DNA of 64,000 nt from an uncultured Gemmatimonadaceae bacterium (GCA_963790305.1 CAWBOC010000009.1:96001-160000); one strand, 5' to 3'; shown: positions 38,345-49,138, numbered from the stretch's first letter. Made by a program: numbers and translations. The notes: a model not told the origin generated them from the letters alone.

Positions 38345-41120
38345 CTATTCCTCGTCGGACTTCCTCGGCGCCTCTCCACTCCTCTTCCGGCTCAGGAACG
38401 GAATGCGAGAGTACTCGTAGGTGGCCCGCACCGACCAGAACGCACCGTTGAATCCATAGGGCGTGAGGCCGTTGTACAGGTAGATGCCACGAGTCTGGTT
38501 AGGCGTAATGTTCGTGTCCGGATAGACGTCGAAGATGTTCGTCCCGCTCAACGCCAGCGAGAACTGACTCGTCAGCTTGTACGACAGCGAGAGGTCGGTG
38601 ATCCACTTGGGCTGGAAAACCTGGTCGTTCGCCGGGTTGGTTTGGCTCGGCCGGCTCACGACCTTTCCGTAACGGCTCGTGTGCAGCATGAGCCCGAAGC
38701 GGTTGAGATCGTACGTCGACGTCAGGGAGATCCGGTTGCGAGGCTGCCCCTCCTCGAGGCGGGAACGCTCGGTACGGTCGAACAAGGCGGCGCTGACCGC
38801 CGCGAGCTGCGGTGGTGTCGGATCGACCTGAAGAACCTTGGTTCGGTTCTCATTGAACCCGGCGGTGAGCCGCACCAGCCCCTTCGTGTTCAAATCGACC
38901 GCCAGGCTGGCCACAATGTCGAGCCCGTTCGTGCGCGTGTTGATGGCGTTCGTGAAGTAGCGCGCACCGCTCACGCCGACGATGCCGTTGTCCTCCAGCA
39001 GATTGGCCACCGTCGAGTCGATGAAGTTGCCGGAGAGCACGATACGATCATCGATGTTGACCCGGTACCAGTCTGCCGTCAGTGAGAAGAAGCGAACCGG
39101 ATTGAACGTGATGCCGGCACTGACGCCCTCCGACTCCTCGGGCTTGAGCGGGACGGCACCCAGCAGCCGGCCGCCAGGGCTCCCGACGGCGAAGGTGCGG
39201 ATCTCGAACGGTGTGCTCACCCCGCTCACGATGATGAAGTTGGTCGACACCGCCGAGAAGTACGACTGACCAAGGGATGGCGCTCGAAATCCGGTTTGCA
39301 TCGCGCCGCGAACGGCCAGCCCGCGCAGGAGCTCGTACCGGAGGGCCGCCTTCACATCCGTCGTGCTTCCGAAATCGCTGTACCGCTCGGCGCGCCCGGC
39401 GACGCTGAGGAGCAGCTGGTCGGTGGGAGACAGCTCGAGATCGACGTAACCCGCGACGTTGTTGCGCGACGCGTCGGTCTCGTCTTCCGGCCGGAAGCCG
39501 GGGAAGACCTGCGCAAAGGGCGCCGCGGGGCGTCCGGCGTTAGGCCCATCCAGAATGTTGAAGGGCCCGACGCGGAAGGAGTTTTCATCGCCGCGCTCGA
39601 GCTTGAAGTTGTCACGGCGGAACTCGGCGCCGACCGCGACGTTCAGGAGACCGATTCCCGTACCGAACTGGCGCGTGATGTCCCCGTTGAACGTCATTCT
39701 GATTGAAGCGGAGCGCACCCGCGTAGAAGTCACGCGGGCTCGTGGTTCCCATCGACGTGTTGACGCTGTTGTGCACGCCGAATTCGAATCCGTTTTGGCC
39801 GTACACACCGCCGAGGTCCCAGCTCCATCCCGAGACGACTCCACGAACACCCGCGGCAAGCGACGCATCCGCGATGTCGCTGCTGATCAGCGGGAGAAAG
39901 CCGTTCGGATAATACTGGGCGTTACGGACGGTGCGATCGTCGAACGCCCGACGGAAGAAGCCGGCGGCGATGCCTTCACGCTGGGTGTAGCCGCCAAAGC
40001 CGTAGAACTCCATCCCGTTTCCGAATGGAAGCGACGTGTTCGCGAAGAGACCCCAATCGCGCGTTCCGGCGTCTCCCTGCCAGCTCTCCCGCGGACCCTC
40101 CACGCAACCCGGAACCGGTGACGTCCAGCCCGTCGAGGGAGAGGTGCACTGCGGCGTGACATCGGGCCGCGCGCGGTTCGTGCTATCGCGGTCGCGGAAC
40201 TCCGCGCTGAAATGGAGCACGCCATTGTTGGCGAATCCCACGCCGTAGTTGCCCTGGGCCTGCATGACGCGACCGTCGCCTTCGGTGGTCTGACCGAGAC
40301 TCGCCGAGAGCGAGCGATGGGCGTCGGAACGCAGCACGACGTTGATGACGCCCGCGATCGCGTCCGAACCGTACTGTGCCGCCGCGCCATCTCGAAGGAT
40401 CTCAATGCGCTCGATGGCGCTTACCGGAATTGCGTTGAGGTCCACGCTCGTCGAGCCGCGACCAACCGAGCCGTTCACGTGCACCAGCGCCGTGGTGTGG
40501 CGACGCTTGCCGTTGACGAGCACCAGCACCTGATCGGGCCCCAGACCGCGAAGGGTCGCCGGGCGCACGTGATCGGTGCCGTCATTCACCGACGGTCGTG
40601 GAAAATTGAACGACGGCGCGAGCATTCGGATGACCTGGCTCGTCTCCGTCAATCCGGTGTTCTGCAAATCCTCGGCGGACAGCACGTCGATCGGAACCGG
40701 GGCCTCGACCGCCGTACGATCGGGGCGGCGCGAGCCCACGACGACAATTTGATCGAGCGACAGTCCCGTTTGATCGAGACGGAAATCCTTCGTCACCGTG
40801 ACGGCGGCATTGACGATCACCGAGTCGCGCCCAGCGGCGTATCCGATGCGAGACACGCGAAGCTCGTAGCGCCCGGGGGCGATCACGAGACGATAGGTCC
40901 CATCGGTGCGCGTCATCACTCCAACCGTCGATCCGACCACGCGCACCTGCGCGTCGGCGATCGGGTTGCCTGACGAGACATCGGTGACGCGGCCCGTGAC
41001 GGTTCCCATCGACTGGGCCGCCGCGGTCGCCGACGCCGCGAGAAGAAGCCCGATCGACGTCGCCAGACGACGCCCTACGGCGGGGATTGTGAACCTTCGC
41101 GAAACGACGTGTGCGGACAT
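38345..41120 (-). CDS. TonB-dependent receptor with N-terminal carboxypeptidase-regulatory-like domain (frameshift near 39690)
   Basis: GTVTGRVTD, LRGLGPDQVLVLVNGKRRH, IERIEILRDGAAAQYGSDAIAGVIN plug; GFRAPSL and NIFDVYP barrel motifs. Confidence 0.92.
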
Positions 41121-41264
41121 GCGCCTGCCTCCGAATGCGGGAGCGTGAGGAGTGCGGGGATGAACGTGCAACGCGCCATGACGGCGCGGCGGTTCCATGC
41201 GTCGCGGCGTCGGACCCGTGCGTGCCGCGGAGCGAGTAAGGCGGTGGGCTTTTCGCGCTGAATC

Positions 41265-41293
41265 ATACTGCCACTCGCCGAACGGGGGGTCAA
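41265..41293 (-). promoter_or_regulatory. Sigma70-like promoter for TonB-dependent receptor
   Basis: Minus strand TTGACC-N17-CAGTAT with extended -10 TG. Confidence 0.45.
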
Positions 41294-41338
41294 GCGGGGG
41301 CGGTCCGTGCGGAATGCGTACACGATGATGTCATCGCG

Positions 41339-41368
41339 TTGACTGCGCATCTCGACCGCCGTTAGATT
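41339..41368 (+). promoter_or_regulatory. Sigma70-like promoter for tRNA-Ser(GCT)/gltX
   Basis: TTGACT-N18-TAGATT; TAGATT also precedes tRNA-Ser(TGA) at 35703. Confidence 0.5.
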
Positions 41369-41390
41369 TGGTGTCCGCCGCGGCGGACCT

Positions 41391-41481
41391 GGAGAGGTGG
41401 CCGAGAGGCTGAAGGCGGCGGTTTGCTAAACCGTTATAGGGTTGAAAAGCCCTATCGAGGGTTCGAATCCCTCCCTCTCCG
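41391..41481 (+). tRNA. tRNA-Ser (anticodon GCT)
   Basis: GGAGAGG/CCTCTCC acceptor, GCGGT-TT GCT AA-ACCGT, long variable arm, GGTTCGAATCC, discriminator G. Confidence 0.93.
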
Positions 41482-41496
41482 TTGCGACGTGATCTC

Positions 41497-41537
41497 AGAG
41501 GGACGAGAGGAAGCACCTCTCGTCCCTCTTCCCTCAT
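41497..41537. repeat. 14-bp hairpin of AGAGGGA/GAGAGG-type units after tRNA-Ser(GCT)
   Basis: AGAGGGACGAGAGG-aagca-CCTCTCGTCCCTCT then an extra TCCCTC unit. Confidence 0.7.
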
Positions 41538-41549
41538 TTTCTCGTCTGA

Positions 41550-43004
41550 ATGCCTGAGCCTCGATTGCGATTCGCGCCCTCTCCCACTGGATATCTGCAC
41601 GTGGGCGGCGCGCGCACCGCCCTCTTCAACTGGCTCTTCGTGCGCAAGCATGGGGGCCAGTTTCTGCTCCGTATCGAGGACACCGACAAGGCACGCAGCA
41701 CCGACGAGAGCACCCGGGCCATCTTCGAGGGGCTCGAGTGGCTGGGCCTGGATTGGGATGAGGAAGTCGTCCATCAGGGTGCGAACCTCGATCGCCATCA
41801 ACAGGACGTCGAGCGTCTGCTGGCCGGCAATGCCGCCTATCGCTGCTTCTGCACGGCGGCCGAGCTGGACGAGCGGCGCAAGGCCGCCGAAGCGCGCAAG
41901 GAGAGCTTCAAGTACGATCGGCGGTGCGACCGGCTGGCACCTGGGGAGGTCTCCGGGCGCGTCGCGGCGGGCGAGCCGTTCGCCGTACGCTTCCGCGTTC
42001 CCGAGGGCGAGACTGCGTGGGACGACATCGTCCACGGCGTCATCGCATTTCCGAACAAGGATATCGAGGATTTCGTCATCCTGCGATCGGATGGGACGCC
42101 GATCTACAACATGGCCGTCGTATCCGACGACATCGCCATGCGCATCACGCTCGTTATGCGTGGTGATGACCATATCTCGAACACCCCCAAGCAGATTTTG
42201 CTCTACCGCGCGCTCGGCACCGAGGTGCCGCAATTCGCACACGTGCCAATGATTCATGGGCTCGATGGCAAAAAGCTCAGCAAGCGGCATGGAGCGACCG
42301 CCGTTGGCGACTATCGCCATCAGGGGATCTTGCCGAGCGCCATGGTCAACTTTCTGGCGCTGCTCGGATGGTCGCCGGGCGGCGATCGCGAGGTCATGTC
42401 GCTCCAGGAAATGGTCGAGCTGTTCTCGACCGAGGGGCTCCAGAAGAAGGCGGCCATTTTCGATCCGAAGAAGCTGGAATGGATGAATGGGCAGCACCTC
42501 AGCCGCACTCCGGCATTCGAGCTGGAGCCGCTCGTCACACCGCTCATGCTGGAGGCGAGGCTCGCCACAGCGGACGAGCTCGCGGCGCGTCGTGACTGGT
42601 ACCGCGCGCTGATCGACCTCCTGAAGATCCGCGCCCGAGCCGTCGGCGACATCGTGAGGCAGGCTGCGCCATACTTCGCGGTGGACATTCCATACGAGGA
42701 GCAGGCTGCTCGACAGCACTGGAAGGATGCGGCTGCGACTGCGGAGCTCCTGCGCGCGACACGTCAGCGATTGGCTTCTGTCGAGCCGTGGACACCCGAG
42801 TCATTGGAGCAGGCGCTGCGCGAGCTCGCCGAGCAACGTGGGGTAGCGGCCGGAAAAATCTTCCAGCCGCTTCGCGTGGCGCTCACGGGAATGAGTGCGA
42901 GTCCGGGTATCTTCGAGGTGCTGGTCGCAATGGGGCGTGCGTTGGCGTTGCACCGGCTCGACAACGCGTTGCGATGGCTCGACGAGCGGCCCGAGGCCGC
43001 ATGA
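41550..43004 (+). CDS. gltX: Glutamate--tRNA ligase
   Basis: RFAPSPTGYLHVGG, LRIEDTD, RGDDHISNT, KLSKRHG. Confidence 0.98.
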   Translation: MPEPRLRFAPSPTGYLHVGGARTALFNWLFVRKHGGQFLLRIEDTDKARSTDESTRAIFEGLEWLGLDWDEEVVHQGANLDRHQQDVERLLAGNAAYRCFCTAAELDERRKAAEARKESFKYDRRCDRLAPGEVSGRVAAGEPFAVRFRVPEGETAWDDIVHGVIAFPNKDIEDFVILRSDGTPIYNMAVVSDDIAMRITLVMRGDDHISNTPKQILLYRALGTEVPQFAHVPMIHGLDGKKLSKRHGATAVGDYRHQGILPSAMVNFLALLGWSPGGDREVMSLQEMVELFSTEGLQKKAAIFDPKKLEWMNGQHLSRTPAFELEPLVTPLMLEARLATADELAARRDWYRALIDLLKIRARAVGDIVRQAAPYFAVDIPYEEQAARQHWKDAAATAELLRATRQRLASVEPWTPESLEQALRELAEQRGVAAGKIFQPLRVALTGMSASPGIFEVLVAMGRALALHRLDNALRWLDERPEAA

Positions 43005-43031
43005 TATTCACGTCACAAACACGCCGCAGTG

Positions 43032-43081
43032 TTGACCGAGCATCCAGGCCATTATAGGTTCCCGGATGAACATCTCCGGGA
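43032..43081 (+). promoter_or_regulatory. lexA promoter with candidate operator
   Basis: TTGACC-N17-TAGGTT; GTTC-N6-GAAC (43058-43071) overlaps the -10; TCCCGGA-N8-TCCGGGA palindrome 43060-43081. Confidence 0.45.
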
Positions 43082-43121
43082 GACGGTCTCGCCGCTTCTC
43101 CCCATTTCGCCCGAGGTCGTC

Positions 43122-43787
43122 ATGCCCGACCCGCTAACCCCGATTGAGCAGCGGGTGTATCACTATCTGCTCGATTTTCTCTGCGACAACACGTATCAGC
43201 CGAGCGTGCGTGAGATTGGGAAGCAGTTCCAGATCAAGTCCACGAAGACCGTTTCCGAGCTGCTCCAGTCGCTGGCTGATAAGGGATACATTGAACGCGA
43301 TCCGTCACGCTCGCGTGGCGTGAAGCTGCTTGGCCATGAAGCCAAGCGGCGCACGCAACCCGTGCCTTATTACGGCAAGATCGCCGCTGGCGAGCCCGCG
43401 CTGCTGCCCGAGAACAGAAAGGGGTTCATCACGCTGGACCGGCGCTTCCTGCCTGGCCCCGAAGTGTTCTTCCTGCGTGTCGAGGGCGAGAGCATGATCG
43501 GCCGCGGGATCCTCGACGGCGATTACGTGCTCATCCAGGAGAAGGACGCCAAGGACGGGGACATCGTCGCCGCACGTATCGGCGACGAGGCCACGATCAA
43601 GACACTGCGGCGTCGCGACGGCAAGATCGTCCTCGAGCCCGCGAATCCCGCGGAGAAGGAAATCGTCGTTCCCAAGGGAAGCGACTTCTCGGTACTGGGT
43701 GTGGCAGCGGGTGTGTTTCGCCCCTTCAGCGAGATGCAGATCGTCGACGAGGACACCAGCAACGGCAACGGGGCCAGCCACGCCTGA
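43122..43787 (+). CDS. lexA: Transcriptional repressor LexA
   Basis: PSVREIG winged-helix, IAAGEP Ala-Gly cleavage site, GESM catalytic Ser, ATIK catalytic Lys. Confidence 0.95.
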   Translation: MPDPLTPIEQRVYHYLLDFLCDNTYQPSVREIGKQFQIKSTKTVSELLQSLADKGYIERDPSRSRGVKLLGHEAKRRTQPVPYYGKIAAGEPALLPENRKGFITLDRRFLPGPEVFFLRVEGESMIGRGILDGDYVLIQEKDAKDGDIVAARIGDEATIKTLRRRDGKIVLEPANPAEKEIVVPKGSDFSVLGVAAGVFRPFSEMQIVDEDTSNGNGASHA

Positions 43788-43791
43788 CGAG

Positions 43792-43819
43792 GCGCGGCGC
43801 TACGGCGCCGCGCTTTTTT
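43792..43819 (+). terminator. Intrinsic terminator of lexA
   Basis: GCGCGGCGC-TACG-GCGCCGCGC (cUACGg tetraloop) followed by TTTTTT. Confidence 0.8.
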
Positions 43820-44663
43820 GTTCCTTCGCCTTCTTCTCGCTTTCCTCGCGCGCTTCGCGTCGCTCGCGCTCCTTCCGCTCGCGGATGCGTTTCACCGCCG
43901 TGCGGAATTCCTCGGCGTTCATGGCGCGGGGCGCGTTGTAGTTGATGTCCTGCGTCATCGCGCGAATCGTGCGCGCACGATCCCCAACCTGCGGGTTCGA
44001 CGCGACCCCGTCGAGAATGCCCCCCTGCGCGAGCGCGGCGCCGAGGCCGAGGAGCTCGTTGGGAATCGTGACACCGCCGAGATGGATTCCCTCGGCGTCC
44101 CATCCGTACTTCTTCCCATCCTTGGTCCAGCTCCAGTCGCCCGGTTTGCGTTGACCGCTGGCCAGAGCGATGGAGTCGCGCACTCGCTGGGTCCCCGACA
44201 CGAGCATGCTGTCGAGCTGTTCCGACAGGCTGCGAGGAAGCGCGAGCACCTGGGCGTTCGGGTCCGTCCACACGCGCGGATCGGAATACGACGGAACGAT
44301 CCCGCGAACGGGACCGCCTCGACCCACCAACGGCCCACTCCCGCCGATCTCCTCGCGCGGGGGTGTAGCCGGCGCCGGCGGGATCGTCGAAGGTGTCTCG
44401 GAGGGTGCCACGAGCGGCTGGGCAGGCCTCGGTGGGCTGTTCGGCCGCTCAGGGAGGCCATCTCCTCCGCTGCGACCGGGCGTCGTCTCTCCCAGATTCG
44501 GAATCGAGATGAAGCTGATCTGCTCGGGTGCGACGCGCGGACGCGTCCGCTCGAGCAGCTCCCGCAGCGGGTACGGAATGGAGAACACCCACAGCAGAAA
44601 CGCGCCGAAGGCGAGGTGGAGCGCGATCGAGACCGCGACCGAGCCGTCGACGCGATGCTTCAT
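43800..44663 (-). CDS. Membrane-anchored proline-rich hypothetical protein (TonB-like anchor and linker)
   Basis: SIALHLAF TM anchor, Pro-rich linker, charged C-terminal helix; ATGA overlap with the upstream gene. Confidence 0.7.
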   Translation of the reverse strand: MKHRVDGSVAVSIALHLAFGAFLLWVFSIPYPLRELLERTRPRVAPEQISFISIPNLGETTPGRSGGDGLPERPNSPPRPAQPLVAPSETPSTIPPAPATPPREEIGGSGPLVGRGGPVRGIVPSYSDPRVWTDPNAQVLALPRSLSEQLDSMLVSGTQRVRDSIALASGQRKPGDWSWTKDGKKYGWDAEGIHLGGVTIPNELLGLGAALAQGGILDGVASNPQVGDRARTIRAMTQDINYNAPRAMNAEEFRTAVKRIRERKERERREAREESEKKAKEQKSAAP

Positions 44664-45845
44664 GAGACCGACGCCCCGAACGACGCCAGGACGCGCCCGG
44701 CGCGCGTGGCGGCTTCCGTCAGCCGCTCCGGTGGGACAATGAACGAGACGCGGAAGAATCCCTCACCCGCCGCGCCGAATGCCGCTCCCGGAAGCACGAT
44801 TACACCCTCGTCGCTCATGAGACGCTCCGCGAAGGCCGCACTTGCAATGCCGTCCGGAAGTGTAACCCAAAGATACATGGTCGCGCGCGGCACCTCGCAC
44901 GCAAATCCGTTCGCGCGGAACGCCGACACGGCCGCATCGCGACGGGCACGGAAAATCTCGAGATTGCCGGGAAGAAAGTCGCTCCAGCTCTCGAGTGCGG
45001 CAATTCCCGCGGCCTGGACGGCCATGAACGCTCCCGTGTCGATGAACGACTTCACCTTTGCGAGGACCCCGGCAAGCTCCGGGCGCGCCACAGCCCACCC
45101 GCAGCGCCAGCCGGTCATGTTGTACGTCTTCGAGAGCGAATGGAACTCGATGGCGACGTCTCGCGCGCCGTCCACCTCGAAGATACTCGCGGGGCGATAC
45201 CCATCATACGCGAGCTCGGAGTAGGCGTTGTCATACACTAGCAGGGCGTCGAGTTCCCTGCACCGCCCGACGAGCCGCTCGAGGTAGTCGCGCGGGGCAG
45301 TCGCGGCGGTCGGGTTGTTGGGGTAATTGACGTACACCATGCGCGTTTTCGCCAGGATCTCGCGCGGGAGCTGGTCGAGCTCGAGCAGGAAGCCCTTCGC
45401 GCTGGCGGAGCGCCACCACGTGCGGGGTGGCGTCGGCGAGCATGGCGCCGCCCAGATAGGCGAGATACCCCGGTTCGGGAATGACACAAACGTCCCCAGG
45501 CTCGGCGAACCCAAAGGCCGTGTGGGCAATGCCTTCCTTGGACCCGATCAGCGGGACGATCTCCTTGAGAGGATCGAAGGTGAGACCGAAGCGACGGCTC
45601 ATCCACCCCGAGATCGCCTCGCGAAAGGCAGGGAGTCCCAGGCCGAAGCCGTAGCGGCTCATTCGAGGGTCACGCGCCGCCCTGTCCAACGCGTCGACGA
45701 CCGCTGGAGGAGGCGCGAGATCGGCATCGCCCGCGCCGAGGTCGATGACGTCGACCCCTTGCGCGAGCAAGTCCCGCTTCCGCTGCGGGATGGCAGCCAG
45801 GGGATACTCGGGGAGAAGGCGAACGCGAGCGGCGGGCGTGGGCAC
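44660..45845 (-). CDS. Class I/II PLP aminotransferase, LL-diaminopimelate aminotransferase-like (frameshift near 45400)
   Basis: IDLGAGDAD, LIGSKEG, NYPNNPT, DNAY, FHSLSKTYNMTGWRCG. Confidence 0.88.
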
Positions 45846-46534
45846 TATTGGTCGGCGCGGACAGGGTTGGTGACGCGACTGACACCGACGATCTCGACGT
45901 CGACGACGTCTCCGGGGACCAACGGACCGACTCCGGCTGGCGTTCCGGTTGCGATCACGTCGCCCGGAAGCAGCGTCATGATCCCTGAGATGTACGCGAT
46001 GAGCCGGGAGGGACCGAACACCATGTCTCTCGCCGTCGCGCGCTGCCGCTCGACGCCGTTGACACGGGTGACCAGCTCGAGCTCGTCCAGCCTCTGTGGT
46101 GCGGCGCCCTCGGCGCCGAGCGGGCAAAACGTATCGAACCCTTTTGCTCGCGTCCATTGACCGTCGGTCTTCTGGAGATCGCGCGCCGTGACATCGTTGA
46201 CGGCGACGACTCCTCGGATGCACTTCGCGGCGTCACGCTCGTCCACCCGATAGGCGCGCGTCGCGATCACGATTCCGATCTCGCCCTCGTACTCGACGCG
46301 CTGGGACGCGCGAGGAAGGACGATGGCTTCTCCATCCCCGATCACGCTCGACGGCGGCTTCATGAAGATCAGCGGCGCCTTGGGAACTTCGTTCCCGAGC
46401 TCCTTGGCGTGGTCGGCGTAGTTTCGGCCGACGCAAATGATCTTGGACGGGATGAGGCATTTGGGGTCAGGAGTCAGGGACCAGGGGTCAGGATTCGAGG
46501 TCTCAGGCGCGCGCGCGCAGGTCTGCCTACTCAC
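45845..46534 (-). CDS. Fumarylacetoacetate hydrolase family protein
   Basis: SKIICVGRNY..H..E, FMKP, YEGE, NDVTARD, WTRAKGFDTF, GDVIATGTP; start uncertain (GTG 46534, or ATG 46460 with an indel). Confidence 0.92.
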   Translation of the reverse strand: MSRQTCARAPETSNPDPWSLTPDPKCLIPSKIICVGRNYADHAKELGNEVPKAPLIFMKPPSSVIGDGEAIVLPRASQRVEYEGEIGIVIATRAYRVDERDAAKCIRGVVAVNDVTARDLQKTDGQWTRAKGFDTFCPLGAEGAAPQRLDELELVTRVNGVERQRATARDMVFGPSRLIAYISGIMTLLPGDVIATGTPAGVGPLVPGDVVDVEIVGVSRVTNPVRADQ

Positions 46535-46544
46535 TCCTGACCCT
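46463..46544. repeat. GG(A/G)GTCA 7-mer element (asymmetric) at the dinG/FAH junction
   Basis: GGGGTCA GGAGTCA GGGACCA GGGGTCA arm; short inverted arm TCACTCC TGACCCT. Confidence 0.75.
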
Positions 46545-49055
46545 CAGAAAAAAAATCCCGTAGCTCGACGAGAATGCTCGTCCAGGCACCGACCACCCGT
46601 TTCGCCGGCGGCAGCCCCGCCAGCAACCCACGCCCGTACGACTTGGTGATCACCCGTGGATCGCAGAGCACCACCGCGCCCTGATCGGTCGCCGTTCGGA
46701 TGAGGCGTCCAAATCCCTGCTTGAGCCGCAGCGCCGCGTTCGGAAGCATGTACTCCCGGAACGAGTCACCGCCGCGCTTCTCGATCTCTTCACAGTGCGC
46801 GGCCGTCAGCGGCTCCGTCGGAACGCGAAAGGGGAGCTTCGCGAGCACCAGCCCGCGCAGCGCGCGGCCTGGAACGTCAATGCCTTCCCAGAAGGATGCG
46901 GTGCCGAGGAGCACCGCGCTTCCGGATTCGCGGAAGCGACGCAGCAGCGCGTCCCTCCCATCATCGCCGTGCACGAGCAGCGGCCACCGCCGCTCGATCC
47001 CGCGCGCCCGCACTTCGGTGGCGGCGAGCCGCACATCGCGGTGACTCGTGAACAGCACGAAGATGCCGCCATCGCTCGCGTCGGCGACGTCCAGCGCGAT
47101 GCGGACGACCGCCTGCAAATGCGCGTGCGCATCGGCATTCGGCGCGGGGATGTCCGTGGGAATCGCGAGGATCGCCTGACGAGGGTACTGGAACGGCGAG
47201 TCGAAGACGCCCGTCACCGGCGCGAGTGCGGGATCGTCGAGTCCAAGGCGCGTGGCGAGAAACCGGAAACCGTTGTCATCGGCGAGCGTCGCGCTGGTGA
47301 GCACCGCCGTGTCGACGCGGCGGAACAGATCCTCGCGCAGGATCGGAGCGAGATCGAGCGGGACCACCGTGGCCGCGACGTTGGCCTCGCGGCCCTTGAG
47401 CTCGACCCATCGCACCGACGGCTCCGCCTCTTTCGGCGGATCCAGCGTGCGACGAAGCCCGTCGCCTAACGCTTCCAGCCGGCGCGTCACGCCGCGCATT
47501 TCCGCGAGCAGCGACGCAACGGCATCACGGCGCGCCGAATCCGCCTCGAGGCGCTCGCGCACGAGGCGCAGCCCATCCTCGAGGAGCGCGATCTCCCCGA
47601 GAGCGTCGGCGAGCGCGGTCCGAAGCCCGGCCGCCCACACCGGGTGAGCGGCGAAGTCCTCGGTGAGCCGCATGACCGGTTGGCCGTGCTGCTTGAGCAG
47701 TATCTCGAGAATGTCGAAGACGCGACCGCCCTTCTCGCGCGCCCCATAGACCGCGGGCGCGAGCCGCGCGTTCACGAGGTCGAGGCTCGCGCGTGCTGAG
47801 CAGGTCGCGCTGAGACGACAGCCGCATCGTGAGCGCCGTCAGAAGGCCCTTTCCCCTTCGATCGAGCCGATTGAGCAGCCGGACCAGCCCTCGTCGCGTC
47901 ACCGTCGTTCCGAGGTGCGACTGCGCCGCATCCTCCACGTGATGCGCTTCGTCGATCACCAGACGTCGATATGCCGGCAGGACGGCCGCGTCACTCCAGT
48001 TCTGCTGCGCCCGCCGCACCGCGAGGTCCGACATGAGGAGATGGTGGTTCACGACGATGACGTCTGCCTGTGCCGCCGCCCGGCGCGCGCGAAAGAGAAA
48101 GCATTTGTCGAAATGCTCGCACTTCAGTCGGCCGCAGAGGTCGGGCTCGGCCGCGACCTCGTCCCACACCTCTGGCCGCGGCGGGCGTGGCGAGATCGGC
48201 GAGCGATCCATCGGTCGTGCGCTCCGCCCATGCCCGCACCTCCTCCAGCTCGCGGGCGAGGGGTGCATCGAACAGCCCGCCGGCGGCGTTCGCGTTCTCG
48301 AGGCGCCACAGACAGAGATAGTTCCTCCACCCCTTGAGGAGGACGTAGCGCACGGGCTGGTCATCGAGTGCGCCCTCGAGGAATGGCAGATCCTTGCCGA
48401 CCAGCTGCTCCTGGAGGTTGATCGTGTTCGTCGAAACGACGGTGCGCTCGCCATTGGCCGCCGCCCAGCGGAGCGCCGGGAGCAGGTAGCCTAACGACTT
48501 GCCGACGCCGGTGCCCGCCTCGAGCAATCCGACCCCCCCGTCGTTGTAGAGCGCGGTGACCGCGGCCGCCATGTCCCGCTGCGTCGGGCGGTCTTCATAT
48601 TGGCTCAGCCGCTGCGCCACCGGCCCGCCGGGCCCGAGTGCCGCGGTCACGACGTCCGGATCGAGCCGCGTCGTATCCGCTGCACGCGGCACCTCCACCA
48701 CGACGTACAGCGATCGCGCATCGTTGTCGATGATGCCGAAGCCAACGCCGCCGTCGTGCATCCGCGCCGCAACCTCGAGGTCGGCGTCCGATGGCTCGAG
48801 CTCCCCCGTCGGATGGTTATGCAGCAGCATCTCCCCCCGCTGCGCGACCCCCGGAAGCGCGATGACGCTGCGCACGTCTCCGCGCGACACGACCCGTGCC
48901 GCGCACACGCAGCCGTCATCGTCGAGCTGCGCGACGAAACACACTTCCCTCCCCCCTGCGAGTCGTATTGCGGCGCGCATCGCGGCGCCCGCCGCCTTCC
49001 CGATACGGGAAGGTGAATGCGGATTGCGGATTGCGGATTGCGGTCGCTCCGACAC
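46531..49055 (-). CDS. dinG: DinG/YoaA-family helicase with N-terminal JAB/MPN (RadC-like) domain (frameshifts near 48180 and 47790)
   Basis: HNHPTG..PSDAD JAB motif; EAGTGVGKS, LKGWRNYLC, DEAHH, TSATL, SFWEGID, LKQGFGRLIR. Confidence 0.88.
49015..49042. repeat. Single arm of GA(A/T)TGCG 7-mer tandem repeat inside the dinG 5' end
   Basis: GAATGCG GATTGCG GATTGCG GATTGCG. Confidence 0.8.
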
Positions 49056-49066
49056 GACCGCGCGGC

Positions 49067-49138
49067 GTGCGAAGTCGTCGAGTTGTCACGCGCACGCCTC
49101 GAGCACCTCGACGACCTCGACGCACCTCGATCACCTCA
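49067..49138. repeat. 9-mer CCTCGACGA-family palindromic element (left arm degenerate)
   Basis: GTGCGAAGTCGTCGAG ... CCTCGAGCA CCTCGACGA CCTCGACGCA CCTCGATCA CCTCA. Confidence 0.8.

Noticed and set aside
41121..41260. Riboswitch in the TonB-receptor leader
   Set aside because: No cobalamin, TPP, FMN or SAM consensus recognisable by eye; an Rfam scan would be needed.
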